NCBI GenBank assembly: GCA_964255285.1 | Contig: CAXUUL010000094.1 | Location: 1 to 33,438 of the forward strand | Origin: Ionaspis alba | Lineage: Eukaryota | Reading direction: 5' to 3' | Length of the DNA: 33,438 nucleotides | In this document: piece by piece, positions 1-11,177 of the stretch | Numbering within the stretch: the first letter of the stretch is position 1 | Layout of the letters: every line of letters starts with the position of its first letter | Translations under genes and position numbers: made by a program | The notes under the pieces: generated by a model | What the model was told of the DNA's origin: nothing | The model's database searches: none | Seen by the model: the letters and a program-made list of their open reading frames with translations, nothing else

Positions 1-1594
1 CAGCAACGAGCAACCCCCCTTTCCCCCCTTCCTGCCCAAGCACACAGCCCATGCAGCAGCAGAAGAACCAAGAGGAACCAACTAAAAGTAAGTAAGCAAG
101 CAAGCAAGCAATCAGAACAGCACGACAACCGCACAACCATCACCTTCTCCGCACTCTGCTGGGGTCCCCAGTTCAACCACGCCCCCCGTTTAGCCTTCAT
201 CTCCTCCAGCTAAAGGCGACTCTGCTAGGCCCGCTTCGGCTCCCCATGGCACGGTCAAGCTCAAGCACTGCAGCAGAACTCTCCCTCGTTTCGAACTGTA
301 AGTGCCACCAGCACCATATACAAACCTTCTGGACCTTATTTTCCTCCTGCTGCTACTGCATCTTCTCACCTGTCATCCTCAATCCGGCGCATAACTCCAT
401 CACTTGTCAGCTCTACTCCCATTAGATCGCACCAACTATCATGTTCTAGAAGCCACGCTGCCGAAAGACCCCACGTCGACCATAAATCCTAACTCCCATC
501 CGCATCGAGCCTGGCTACCAGCTTTGGCCACGAAATTCCACACCTCGACGTGTTCCCGAAACACCACGCCTGGGAATGATCTGAGATAACCGACCCGATC
601 AGTGCGCGAACGCCGTCGCTCAGCACCTCTGTCGACTTGACGTGGTTGCGAAACCCCAAAGAGTGCAGTCCGGCGGCATCCACCGCCTGTCAGTAACGCA
701 TGAACGAAGCATATGATCCGTTGAGTCTCAGCATACCAGGCACGTCACTGTGAACGTCTCCATGGGTGTCAAGAGTTCCGAGCACTAGAGCTCGAAGTCT
801 ATTGCCGCACAGCTGCTCAGGTCCTGGGGGATTTGGAGATCTGGAGATCCACGACTCCCAGTCAGTTGTACAAATAGACCGCCATCTTTCGCACTTTCAT
901 GCCAATTCCTTGATACTCCTTGTAACTGTGTTCTGTTGTCTGGTGCGTTAATCCTTGATCTCGGAAAGGAAGTCGAGGTTGTCTGATTGGATCACAGATA
1001 CCCTATTCTGGTATATATCTCCACGAAAATTAATTACAATATATAGATTCGGCTCATACTGAAAGAGGCTCCTCGAACCACGTTACGAGAATAATAGAAA
1101 AAAGTACGTCGCAGACAACTTTCCTGTGCTGTCAAAACCAAGTGACCCTGTCTAACCTATCCCCTACTTGTTCACTCGTCTTACAACATCCCATACCTAT
1201 TACTGCTATTTCACCCATGCAATCTGTTGTGCGTTACCTTCCGACCTTGCATAAGATATTTCATGAACTCTTTTCCTCGTCCAGTTTGTGCTCTGCCTGC
1301 GACAAGAGCTCTTCATCTACTCATTCGCCAACCGTCGGTTGCAATGCTAGCTGGATTCTCCATTTCACAGATCTGGCATTTGATGCAACTTCTTCACAGA
1401 GTATAGACTCGCTGACTGCTGCCTCAGTCTCGGAGTCAGAATTATTGAACTAGAAGACTTTCCTTTCGGCCATACAGCGCCCTAGAGTTCGTGTCTATAT
1501 CTTTGAGCGACCCATCACCCACTTGACGACTTTTCTGAATTTGCCGCCAGAAGAACACTCGATCCAGTTAGTCTACCGGACGGGCTCTCTATAG

Positions 1595-1916
1595 GTACGT
1601 CCAACGTGAACATTTGAATCAACAACCAGTAGAGTGCAATTCAATAAAACGATTTTGGGTATTCAAACGCTTTTCCGCCCTCAAACACACAGACGAAAAA
1701 TTCGATCATTCCCAATACATTTCAGAGCGTGTGACTCACAGCAGCTTCATACACGGTACAATGTATGAGATGTTGTTGGCTCCACCCTCTATGTCCATTT
1801 TCGAGTTTTCAGTAACTGGCTCACCTTGTCCTCGAAACCTTCCCCTCAAATACCTCACCTTCAGCTCGTTACAATCAAAACATTGTCTCACATACAGCTG
1901 ACATCTCCTTCACTAG
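1595..1916 (+). other. Probable 5'-UTR intron of the PSP1 gene
   Basis: Branch GCTGAC 1897-1902, then a pyrimidine tract and TAG ending 1916. Candidate donors are AG|GTACGT at 1595 or GTATGA at 1763. No ATG between 1917 and 2247. Confidence 0.5.
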
Positions 1917-2247
1917 GTGGTCTGTACTTCCCAACCTCTTCGTCCATTGTGCCCTTTAACCTCAACTTAATTCCTTGGCATTACTTCCGTAAATCGACTC
2001 GGATCTCGTGTTCGTTAAGATCTCATTCCTTCGCTGCCAAGCATTTGCTCGAACTTGAAACGAGAATCATTTGAGCCCCCGATACTCCAGTTCTGCTTGG
2101 CTTCTTTTACCTCCTGGTCAGCTCAAGCATTCCCATACTTTTGGATCTCAATTGCAGCTCTCACCTGACGGCTGTCTTGAGAGTATCGCTAGAGTAGCCA
2201 ATACACTTTAAGCGCTCCCACGTTAAGCCGCTAGCTATCCAGGCGTT

Positions 2248-5091
2248 ATGGCGTCAACCTCTACAGCAGTGACTTCGAACTCGAGCACACAAGCTCCGGC
2301 TAAGCGCACATCTATGAGCGGATTCACCGGTACCAATTCATCAATCCTATTGGAGAAAGCCAAAGCTGGAATCCGGCGTTCAACGCCAGATTCTGAAGCT
2401 TTAGCCTCGTCGGATGATGAGCAAGAACAACATCACCATCTCCCACCAACGACTAACCCGCAAATGCCGAGGTCAAATCGTCGCCTGTCTTGGCGTAGCG
2501 AAGTTCAGCAAGCGTCGCAACGCAAGCCTTCGTTCACAGGCAGTGGAACATTCCCCACCACTAATTCACATCCCTCGTCACCCGCGGCAGATCCATGGAG
2601 TTCTAGCATTGGTCCGCCGATCGCCTCCACACTCGGGCGGGGCCATTCCAACAGCACTTCCTCTTTTCCCTGGGGTAATGCCATCTGGAACAACGATCCA
2701 CAGAAAGGTCCTCCTTCCAGACTCACCGAAGTCTTACCTTCTCCCACCAGTCTTACACCTTCTGGATCTACTCCATTTTACGGTGAAGATGCGATGATGA
2801 GCCCGCCGGTACGACGAGATAGCACAACGTCTGCCATTCCGTTTGCAATCCCTCTTCATCCCACACCAAAGACCTACCGGTCCCAGTCTTATTCTGTCGG
2901 GCAATTAGATCCGGAATCGATTCCTAATGGGCCTCCGTCTCATGTCCAGAACGTGTATCCAGGTCGCACCCGAGCCGGATCCTCCTATGCCGGATTACAA
3001 CATCGACCATCCCGTCCAAGTATGTTGGGAGATTTTTCTCATGATACCTCCGTGCTTGGTCAGTTACGCGAAGTAGATGATGATGAGGAAGGAAGTTCGG
3101 CAAGCTCGGAGGCTGGCGTCCAAGTCTCGAATACACAGCAGCGAACCATTGAGAAATTGGAGATGGAAAACGCTAGGCTTAGGCAGGCGGCAGCAACTAC
3201 TCAGATGCAGAATATCCATAAGCCGAGTGCAAACTATGTTAACCACACTGCGCACGGGGTGATAGGAGGATACGATGGTCGGACTCTGCAACAACAGATG
3301 AGTGACAGCGTTCTCGAAGAGCCGGAAGATCCGGCAAATGGATTGGACGAACTAGGTATCAGTCAAGCTTTCGGTCGTTTGAGTAGCACTGGCAGGAGGT
3401 ACAGTGAATTCAATGCTAATCCAGCAGCGCACTTGGCTAATACAGGCATTCCCGAAAATCGTAAGATAGAGAGTGTCAAGAAAGGGTTCTGGCAGAGCTC
3501 TTTGGGATTTGGTGGCATCCCCGACATGCCTCAGAGCCGTCGACACTCTTTCGCCGATGTCCCAACCCGACATGGCTCGATCAGCTCGACTGGAGAGCCC
3601 CAAGGCGGTGTCCCGGGCATGCGAGAGACCACTCCGCAGCTGAATGATTTACGAGCTCTGTCGGGCTACAGCGAGGGATTGGATCACCCCCAGGGCGACA
3701 CTGGTGAGTATGCTCATTTTCGTTTACGTAGCACCCTTGCAGAGCAAGAATTAGAACAAGAGCATTTACGCGACCGAAATTTCGCAGCTTCCTATTTCTC
3801 GAACGTGGATCCATCACTCCGCAGTCCTGACTATCGAGGATCAGAGTCGACTCAACCAAATTATGCCATGCAGACCCAGTACGGTCGCATGCAGCATCTC
3901 GCACATTCTCACCCTCACCACGGGCAGAAGCTCTATGTTGTCACGTTTAAGGCCTGTCGAGCCGAATTCTATTATGTACAGGAAGGTACAGGTCTGCAGG
4001 TCAAGGCGGGCGACCTAGTGATCGTCGAGGCAGATCGAGGAACAGATCTTGGCACAGTGGCCCACGAAAACGTTGATTGGGCTGCGGCCAAGGGCTTGAA
4101 AGAACACTACGTCGCCGAGCACTACCGGTGGCTGATGATGTTCTCTCGCCATGGGCAGAACGGTTCCAACAGCGCCGGGAGCGTCGGGCTCAATACCGCT
4201 CCACCGTCCGGCAACGACCGTCTGACCGGTGCCATTGGGGGTATGGGTCCAGCTGGGCAGCCTTCTCCGCTCGAATCAGGAAGCCTGGAGATCAAGCCAA
4301 AGATGATCAAACGTCTTGCGCAAGCGCACGAGATCCAGACTCTGAGAGACAAAGAAGGTAACGAGGCAAAGGCAAAGCGAATGTGCCAGCAGAAGGTTGT
4401 GGAACACCACCTTAACATGGAGATTCTCGACGCTGAGTTCCAGATGTAAGTCGTTGAGTGATCACATACTCTCGAATAGGCTGTCGTGCTGACCGAGCTG
4501 AAAAGGGACTGGAAGAAGCTGACTTTCTATTACTTTGCTGACTCCTACATCAATTTCAATTCCCTGGTCACGGATCTGTTCAAGATATATAAAACACGTA
4601 TCTGGATGTCAGCTATCAACCCGGCGTCTTTCGTCACCCCTAGTGCAGGTCTTCAACTACCCTCAGGAATAGGACCGGGTGCGGTCGGGCACGATCATGA
4701 CCAATTTGTGGATGCGCGCATGCCCAAGGAGAACCTAGGGTTTGCAGCGACTTCTGTTTCTCCGGCAAATCCATCAATCTTCTCACCCTCCTGGAACAAC
4801 ATGCCAGACCCCTCTATGCCAGCGCCGGTTGCTCCGACCACGTACGCACAACTATATCAGAGGCAGGGGTTTCAGTCCGGTAGTCCAAAACTACAAGACT
4901 ACGGGCGTGGTGTTCAACCGAACATGCGTTCGGGGTCTCCTTTCAATTCTCAGCCGTTCGGTTCCTACATGGGAAATCAGCAGCACATGTATGGGAAACC
5001 AGATCCGAAGACTGGCTTACCAAGAAATGCGTATCTGGATCCATTGAGTGGGTGGTCCAGCCAATTCCAAGGACTTTCGCTTGGCTCGTAG
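2248..5091 (+). CDS. PSP1 C-terminal domain protein (yeast Psp1/Ylr177w-like), ~927 aa
   Basis: Exons 2248-4445 and 4506-5091. Intron 4446-4505 has GTAAGT, branch GCTGAC and an AAG acceptor, and joins EFQM-DWKKLTFYY. PSP1-type motifs: LYVVTFKACRAEFYY, GDLVIVEADRGTDLGTV, MEILDAEFQMDWKKLTFYY, FNSLVTDLFKIYKTRIWM. Long low-complexity N-terminus. Confidence 0.92.
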
Positions 5092-6054
5092 AGCCGTCCA
5101 ACCAACCCCGCAGGACTTCGAAGTTTTCTTCATGCCCTCGTTTGAAATGAATGCGCTGCTGTGGTATAACAACAGCATGCTTGTGCAAAATCAGTGGCAG
5201 ATGTGCTGTGCTTTTGCTCTTTGAAAGATATGGCTGTCTCTTGAGTTAGCTAACATATCCGAGCGAGGCGGACTACTGTTCCAGGTTGTGAACGATTCGT
5301 TTATTCTTCCCCTCGGGGCTTCTCCTGACTGCAGTCAATTTACTCCGATATTGCGACCTTCTCTATGAATCACCGAGGGAATCACGGGACAAATAGATGT
5401 TGAAATCGAGGATCTAATGCAATACAGCATAGGCTCAATATGACTATGTGAATTGAGAACTCTTGTGCCGTTGACCTCTGCACATACTATATCAACGAAT
5501 ACCCTGTTGGACCATCCTATGTCTACAAATTCCATGGACACTCTGTACCGTCGACCCTGCCGAGTTGCATTGAAGAACTATATCTGCTGCAGCGCGAGCA
5601 TGCGTAGACGTGAAGTGACAGACCGGATGCAGATGAAGGACGTAGGTAGTAAGTGATGGCACGGACGGAAGATGTGCCCCACCACATATCGAACTCGATT
5701 ATGGGACTAGATCACTTTACTGAACTACAACTAGTATCTTCGCAAGCAGTATTCATTAAAGGGGCACGTTCCAGACCAGTGCAATGTGAACAGCCTGGGT
5801 TGTTAGACCTAATGCTTACCTCGAGAAACCGTGGGTGGCACGTGCGAAGCGACTATTCGTGTTCACAAACCTTCATTCCAACTGGGAACTTAAGAAGCCG
5901 CTGGCTCCACTCCATGTCGGTACTCATCACGTTAAGAGTCCTCGAAGCCGGATTGCATGCCTTAGATCATGGCGAAGATCGCAAAGAGAAAAGCAGGTAT
6001 GCTTTGGCTTTCACATTAGCGAATGATACCTTACTTGTGATCCTTGAAGGTGAT

Positions 6055-6965
6055 ATGCCCCCAAAGGCTTCGAAGAAAGTTCTGTCTGGCAAGACCACTC
6101 GTCGCACAAGCATCCTGTCCGACAGCATTCCAGACTCGGAAGAGGACGTTGGACACCTGCGGAGCCAGTAAGTCTCAGTCAAATGCTCACGGCTCTTGTG
6201 GCCCTCAGATCTTGGGCGCGTGTGTCGTGATGTCTTATTCGGTTTTGCAGGCAAATCATGTCTGAGACAAAGAAAGCAATCAAGCAAGCATCTACTAGAG
6301 CGGGAAATGATCATACAGCCAATTTTGAAGCCATGGTTGAAGAGCGCAAAGCTATCTTGCTTCGCCTTGTCAATGAAAGAGCTGCTCATGTGTAAATCGC
6401 TCTCGTTTCCTCATGCAGATTGGCATTGAGACTAACATGCAGTACTAGATTCACAAGGCGTAAGGGAAGCCATGCTTTGACCATGACTATGTTAGCCGAA
6501 AACCTCGTGTTCCTAACTTCCGTGGACCCGAGTTTGGGTACGAAGAAAGGTCGACTTCCATCGACCGCGAACTCGAACACCTTGATAGGCAGGGCTGAAA
6601 ATCTTATTGCTACGTCCAAAGGTCTTCTTGACGCATTTGACAAGACAACGATAGTTACCGCCTCCAATGAGAAGAAGTTAGACTTCGAAAGAGATTTGGA
6701 GAATGACTGTTACAGATTGGAAACCCTGCTCGGTGTTGGTAGGCGGAGGACGGAGAACCAAGTCCTAAATTTAGTTTCTACCCAGGGGACGGCAGACAAA
6801 GAGATCACGATAGAGGCGAAAGACTCCGGATCGCCTTCTCGTCACTGGAAGGAGGTGACGGCCCCCAATGAGGAGATTGATCGGGGCGAATCGTGGGCAA
6901 CGATGGCGTCTAGGGCTAATAAACGATTGAGGCGACTGGTCAAGGATATTCCCGCAGAGCTGTGA
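6055..6965 (+). CDS. Hypothetical protein, ~258 aa, 3 exons, helical/charged
   Basis: Exons 6055-6167, 6251-6391 and 6443(or 6449)-6965. Introns are GTAAGT..TTTTGCAG and GTAAAT..ACTAAC..CAG. Splicing joins MPPKASKK.., QIMSETKKAIK.. and the 181-aa ORF into one open frame. No family recognised. Confidence 0.7.
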
Positions 6966-7239
6966 AGGCAAGGTCGAACATTGTTGAATTCACCTATTAT
7001 CCTATGGTTGTGAAATATTTGCTTGATTGCTGTATACTAGATATTTGGCTTGCAGAGCACGACCGCATCAATTTTCATGCATAGCAAAATTGCTTGAGAA
7101 AGCGCTAAATTGAACTACAACATGACCTGTAGTAGTACATCTTCATCTTCTCCGGTATTACTGGTTTGGTGTTGTGACGAAAAAGGAATTTCATGCTCAT
7201 GCTCATGCTCCTGCGCTGCACCTTGTCCATGCGCTCGGC

Positions 7240-7277
7240 GCCCTAGGGTTTCCCTATCTCATGTGGCCACGCCCTGA
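7240..7277 (+). promoter_or_regulatory. GCCCTA/TAGGG cluster upstream of RPL15 (Tbf1-like/Homol-E-like ribosomal protein promoter element)
   Basis: GCCCTAGGG 7240-7248, CCCTA 7252-7256 and GCCCTGA 7271-7277. The same core recurs upstream of RPS8. Confidence 0.5.
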
Positions 7278-7426
7278 ACGAGTCAAGCGCACTCCCACCT
7301 CGCTTGAGACGAGCTTGGCGGCCACACACTAGTGCCATATGCTGTTAATCCCGAATATCTTCGAGGTCGGAACACAATTCTCACGTCGAACCTTTTTATC
7401 CAGCAGCAACAAGCATCCTCTTCAAG

Positions 7427-7533
7427 GTAAGCTCGTAGGTTGTTTCCGTCTGTTAGGCTTGCGCCAACACCACCAAATTATCACTTCACTGGTCATTGAG
7501 TGTAATGCCGAGCTAACGTCTGGCTACGGATAG
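7427..7533 (+). other. 5'-UTR intron of RPL15 ending immediately before the ATG
   Basis: AAG|GTAAGC donor at 7427, GCTAAC branch at ~7512, TAG|ATG acceptor at 7533. Confidence 0.85.
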
Positions 7534-8366
7534 ATGGGAGCTGGCAAGTACATCGAGGAATTGCACAAGAAGAAGCAGTCTGACGTGCTGCGTTTCTTGC
7601 TACGCGTTCGCTGCTGGGAGGTAAGACAGCCTCTGACAGCCGTTGCTCCTCTCGCACTGCAACATGGAGATGTGGCACCTCGGGTGTCTTGCTATACACT
7701 CGTTGAACTCAGCTGAGAGTGCATCAATATAGCTCCGACAACTCAACGTGATCCATCGCGCATCTCGTCCATCTCGTCCTGACAAGGCTCGTCGCCTGGG
7801 CTACAAAGCGAAGCAAGGCTATGTCATCTACCGCGTTCGTGTTCGTAGAGGAGGTCGCAAACGTCCGGTACCCAAGGGTGCTACATATGGTGGGTGGTGG
7901 AGCTGTTTTATCACTCTACTCGATTGCTGAACTTTGTCTTTGCAGGAAAGCCAACCAATCAGGGAGTGAATCAACTAAAATACCAACGATCTCTGAAGTC
8001 AACCGCCGAAGAACGTGTTGGCCGCCGTTGTGCCAATTTGCGAGTGCTGAATTCCTACTGGATCAATCAAGACTCGACCTACAAGTATTTCGAGGTCATT
8101 CTCGTCGATCCTCAACACAAAGCTATCCGCCGTGATCCTCGGATCAATTGGATCGTGAATCCAGTACACAAGGTAAACGGCGAAAGCCTCCCTCTGAGGT
8201 AGGACAATATACTGACACGCCGCAGCATCGCGAATCTCGAGGTCTGACAGCTACTGGAAAGAAGTCACGAGGCTTGGGCAAGGGTCATAAGTTCAATCAC
8301 ACTACTGCTGGAAGGCGAAAGACTTGGAAGCGTCACAATACCTTGTCCCTATGGAGATTCCGTTGA
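7534..8366 (+). CDS. RPL15: 60S ribosomal protein L15 (eL15), 203 aa
   Basis: Exons 7534-7620, 7733-7889, 7946-8172 and 8226-8366 total 612 nt. Sequence [77 protein letters not shown] is unmistakable eL15. Confidence 0.99.
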
Positions 8367-9087
8367 GCTGGGCGATTGTGAAGGAGTTTGTCGAATCGAG
8401 CTGTCATGGATTGCATCGCTAGTTCAGATAGCCTCTTCCCTTTCAGGAGTATCGATCCATGACTTGAATGCGAACTTGTCCAGATCTATCTTTCGTGATG
8501 AAATACTTATACCAGTTTGTGACGCCTTATTGCTAGACCTGGCCATCTGTGTTTTGGTATATCTACGGACACATTTACCGGTCATTTCGCTATTCCTAGA
8601 AATAGTGTTAGGACCCGCCAGGGACACCTTTATGTCAACAATTAGAATGACACTCCTGTGCTCCTGTTGGCATCCTCTCAGGTGGCCGGTTGAGTACTAT
8701 AGCTCTATAAGGTCAGGCATCAACTTTGGTCAAGCCAAGGTCAATGAAGAGATCAACCAGGCACAGAATGGGGTGTGTAAAGTAGGCCCAAAATCACCAC
8801 ATAAGTGATGGAAGTGATTTCATTCTCGAGCAGATTCAGCAAGTGCTGTGGGAATCAACAACTCGCTAATCTGACTCCCCCCACACACACATCGAAAATA
8901 GACACCAGTCAAGGAAACCCATTGCCGAAATGCCAAGGGAAAAAACGAGCTAGGCTGATCAGCTCCGCGCAACGAGACTCTAACATCAACCACGTCTTAA
9001 TCAGAGACAAATCGGAGCTTCTGCAACTGCTATTGACCTTTGTTTAGATCGTTCCTCGGAGTGCTGTACAAAGTCAACGCCGGTGGC

Positions 9088-9582
9088 ATGCCATCCAATA
9101 AGATAATAGATATAAATCCGCATAAAGCCCAGCGATTATGGCCGCCAGACTTTTCGAAGATGGATCCTAGAGACCAGTTCCGCCTTGAGCGACGTTATCG
9201 GCGTAGAGCGAAACTGGCGTACGCCAGGCCAAGATGGAATAAGATGGTCAAATTTGCACAGTATGGAAGTGTTATGGGTGAATCACTTTGTGTACTTGCT
9301 CTGACCCTCAAACGGTGGTTGATTGTACTCTAGTCATCCTTGGGTACGGTGTTCTATTTATGAATTGGGGCACAATGCCCACCCCTTTCGTGGGTGTAAG
9401 TACTGCCCCTCTTGACTCTTACGAAAGGTCCAACGAACTTTCTCTAGATTCGCAACTGGGTAAAGGAGCGTGCCTCGTCGATCTGGACCACTACCACAAC
9501 ACAGTCTCCGAGACCGAGCCTTGGGCGAATCGGGATCCAAACTTCGCGGGACTCAGCTACCACGAATCAATCTCGAAGCTGA
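9088..9582 (+). CDS. Small conserved-looking fungal protein with a basic region and one TM helix (128 aa from ATG, 144 aa from TTG 9040); possibly mitochondrial
   Basis: Exons 9088-9277, 9334-9395 and 9448-9582, with GTGAAT..TAG and GTAAGT..TAG introns giving a continuous frame. NPHKAQRLWPPDFSKM..QFRLERRYRRRAKLAYARPRW is followed by hydrophobic VMVILGYGVLFMNW. Confidence 0.8.
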
Positions 9583-10761
9583 CTCGACAGGCTGGCCTCG
9601 GATGTTGCTTACAGTCTATCGTGCTGCAAGAGCTATGAACTACTGAGGTTGGGCATGAAGGATTTCTCCGACCGGGACCCAGAGCTGCTACTGGCCTGAA
9701 TTTAGGTTCTCATGTCCGGCAGCAGCGCCTTATCACGCACACTTTGACACCCAATCGTATCGGTGCATTCTGACCACGTAGTCCGAACGAATACACGCAA
9801 GCCAGCGGACCACGACGAGGCGCAACAATCCAAGATTACCATGCTCATACGATTGAGTTCTCCATTCGGGAGGAGTCCGTACTTCCGCATTCAATAGGGA
9901 AGTGGCTACTATGTCCAGCATCCAGATTCTCAGCGATGTCAGAACACTTCAATGCTACAACGAGCAGCGGACGCCGTGTTCAGATATTCCATTCCGCTGC
10001 TTGACCCGATATCGGCCTTTCAGGATAAGGGCTAAGGGCATCTGCAACGACCTGGGTTACGTTGTTTTCACTTCTCACGCGGAAGTGTGCTTGATTGTGG
10101 CTTAGCACGTCCATCATCTGCAGAAATGAGGAAATGGATACCAGGTCCGTGAGATTGAAACCGTCGCTGAAATCACATCAGTCATTCATCCTTAAGAGTA
10201 TGCAGAGCCTCAACTTCCTTGTAGAGAGGTTCCCAATGATAGTCGACAAGCCTGCATACTGGTCTCACCATCATCATTAGAAATGCAATCTGTTGAGTGC
10301 CATCAACTTTCAAATAAGGCCACTTCGTTACGAATGATTTTACTGCTAGATTGTCCCGGTCAACTGAGACTCTAAGATAAAAAAATATAGAAGCCTTTGT
10401 CTTGTCTCACCCAGGAGGCGGTAGTCAATGCACTTGCTCAAGCTTTGAGGCCTTGTTAAGGTGAGGGTGTCCATGAGAGGCGGGCATACAGAAACTGTTG
10501 CCAAACATTAGCACATTTCAAACGAAGCGGGAGCCTTTTTAGGGATGGTCCCGTATTCTGATGCCCCCTGTATCACCTAGCCTCAGGTCCCCCGGGATCC
10601 ATTCTCTGCTAAGTATGTGCATTAATTGTGTTCGGCAATGATATCTGTTCTGGCGGGATCGCGTCCGCGGCCCACTAGCTCTGGGACTAGCAGCACTAAG
10701 ATCAACTCTAGTCTTCTTTTGCTTCCAATGGGCTAGAAGTTGGAAGTTCGCGAGGACGTGT

Positions 10762-10781
10762 AGCAGCAGCAGCAGCAGCAG
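10762..10781. repeat. (AGC)6-7 microsatellite
   Basis: agcagcagcagcagcagcag upstream of the DOCK gene. Confidence 0.85.
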
Positions 10782-11177
10782 TCGCGCGAAAAGCAATCCG
10801 TGGTGTTTTTGGTTATTTCCTGCGTTAGTCATATGTGTGATATCTCCCAAACCATTGCCACCACCCTGATATTTGCTTCCATTGCTCGAGGCCTTCCTCA
10901 TCTTTTGTTTGCCCTACACACATCTCTCCTGTCTCCGTGACACCTTCTTTCGGCGCCGTCCGTTGACCGCTGGTAGACTGATCCTAATGCTCTAGAAGGA
11001 CCGGTCTTAGGGACATAGGGGGCTGATAATACGCTACGCGGGACGGTCTTCATTTGGCACGTGCAGAAGTTCACCAGACCAATTTCAGATGTATGGTGCG
11101 GAATGTTAGCAGGTGCTGAACAGCTCCCGGACTCTTCTTCGATTTAGCTCTCGAACAGATCGAGAAGCTTCACCGAC

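Noticed and set aside
5839..5844. CACGTG (Pho4/Cbf1 E-box), also at 11058
   Set aside because: Isolated hexamers expected by chance and not upstream of the phosphate transporter.
5653..6054. Upstream part of the 172-aa ORF
   Set aside because: Not protein-like; MPPK at 6055 is a more plausible start. An N-terminal extension is not fully excluded.
10028..10065. VVADALS resemblance to the retrotransposon RNase H motif NxxADALSR
   Set aside because: Too short, with no flanking RT or integrase similarity and no LTRs.
10539..10901. 120-aa minus ORF with a poly-Leu stretch
   Set aside because: The poly-Leu comes from the (CAG)n repeat; no other coding features.
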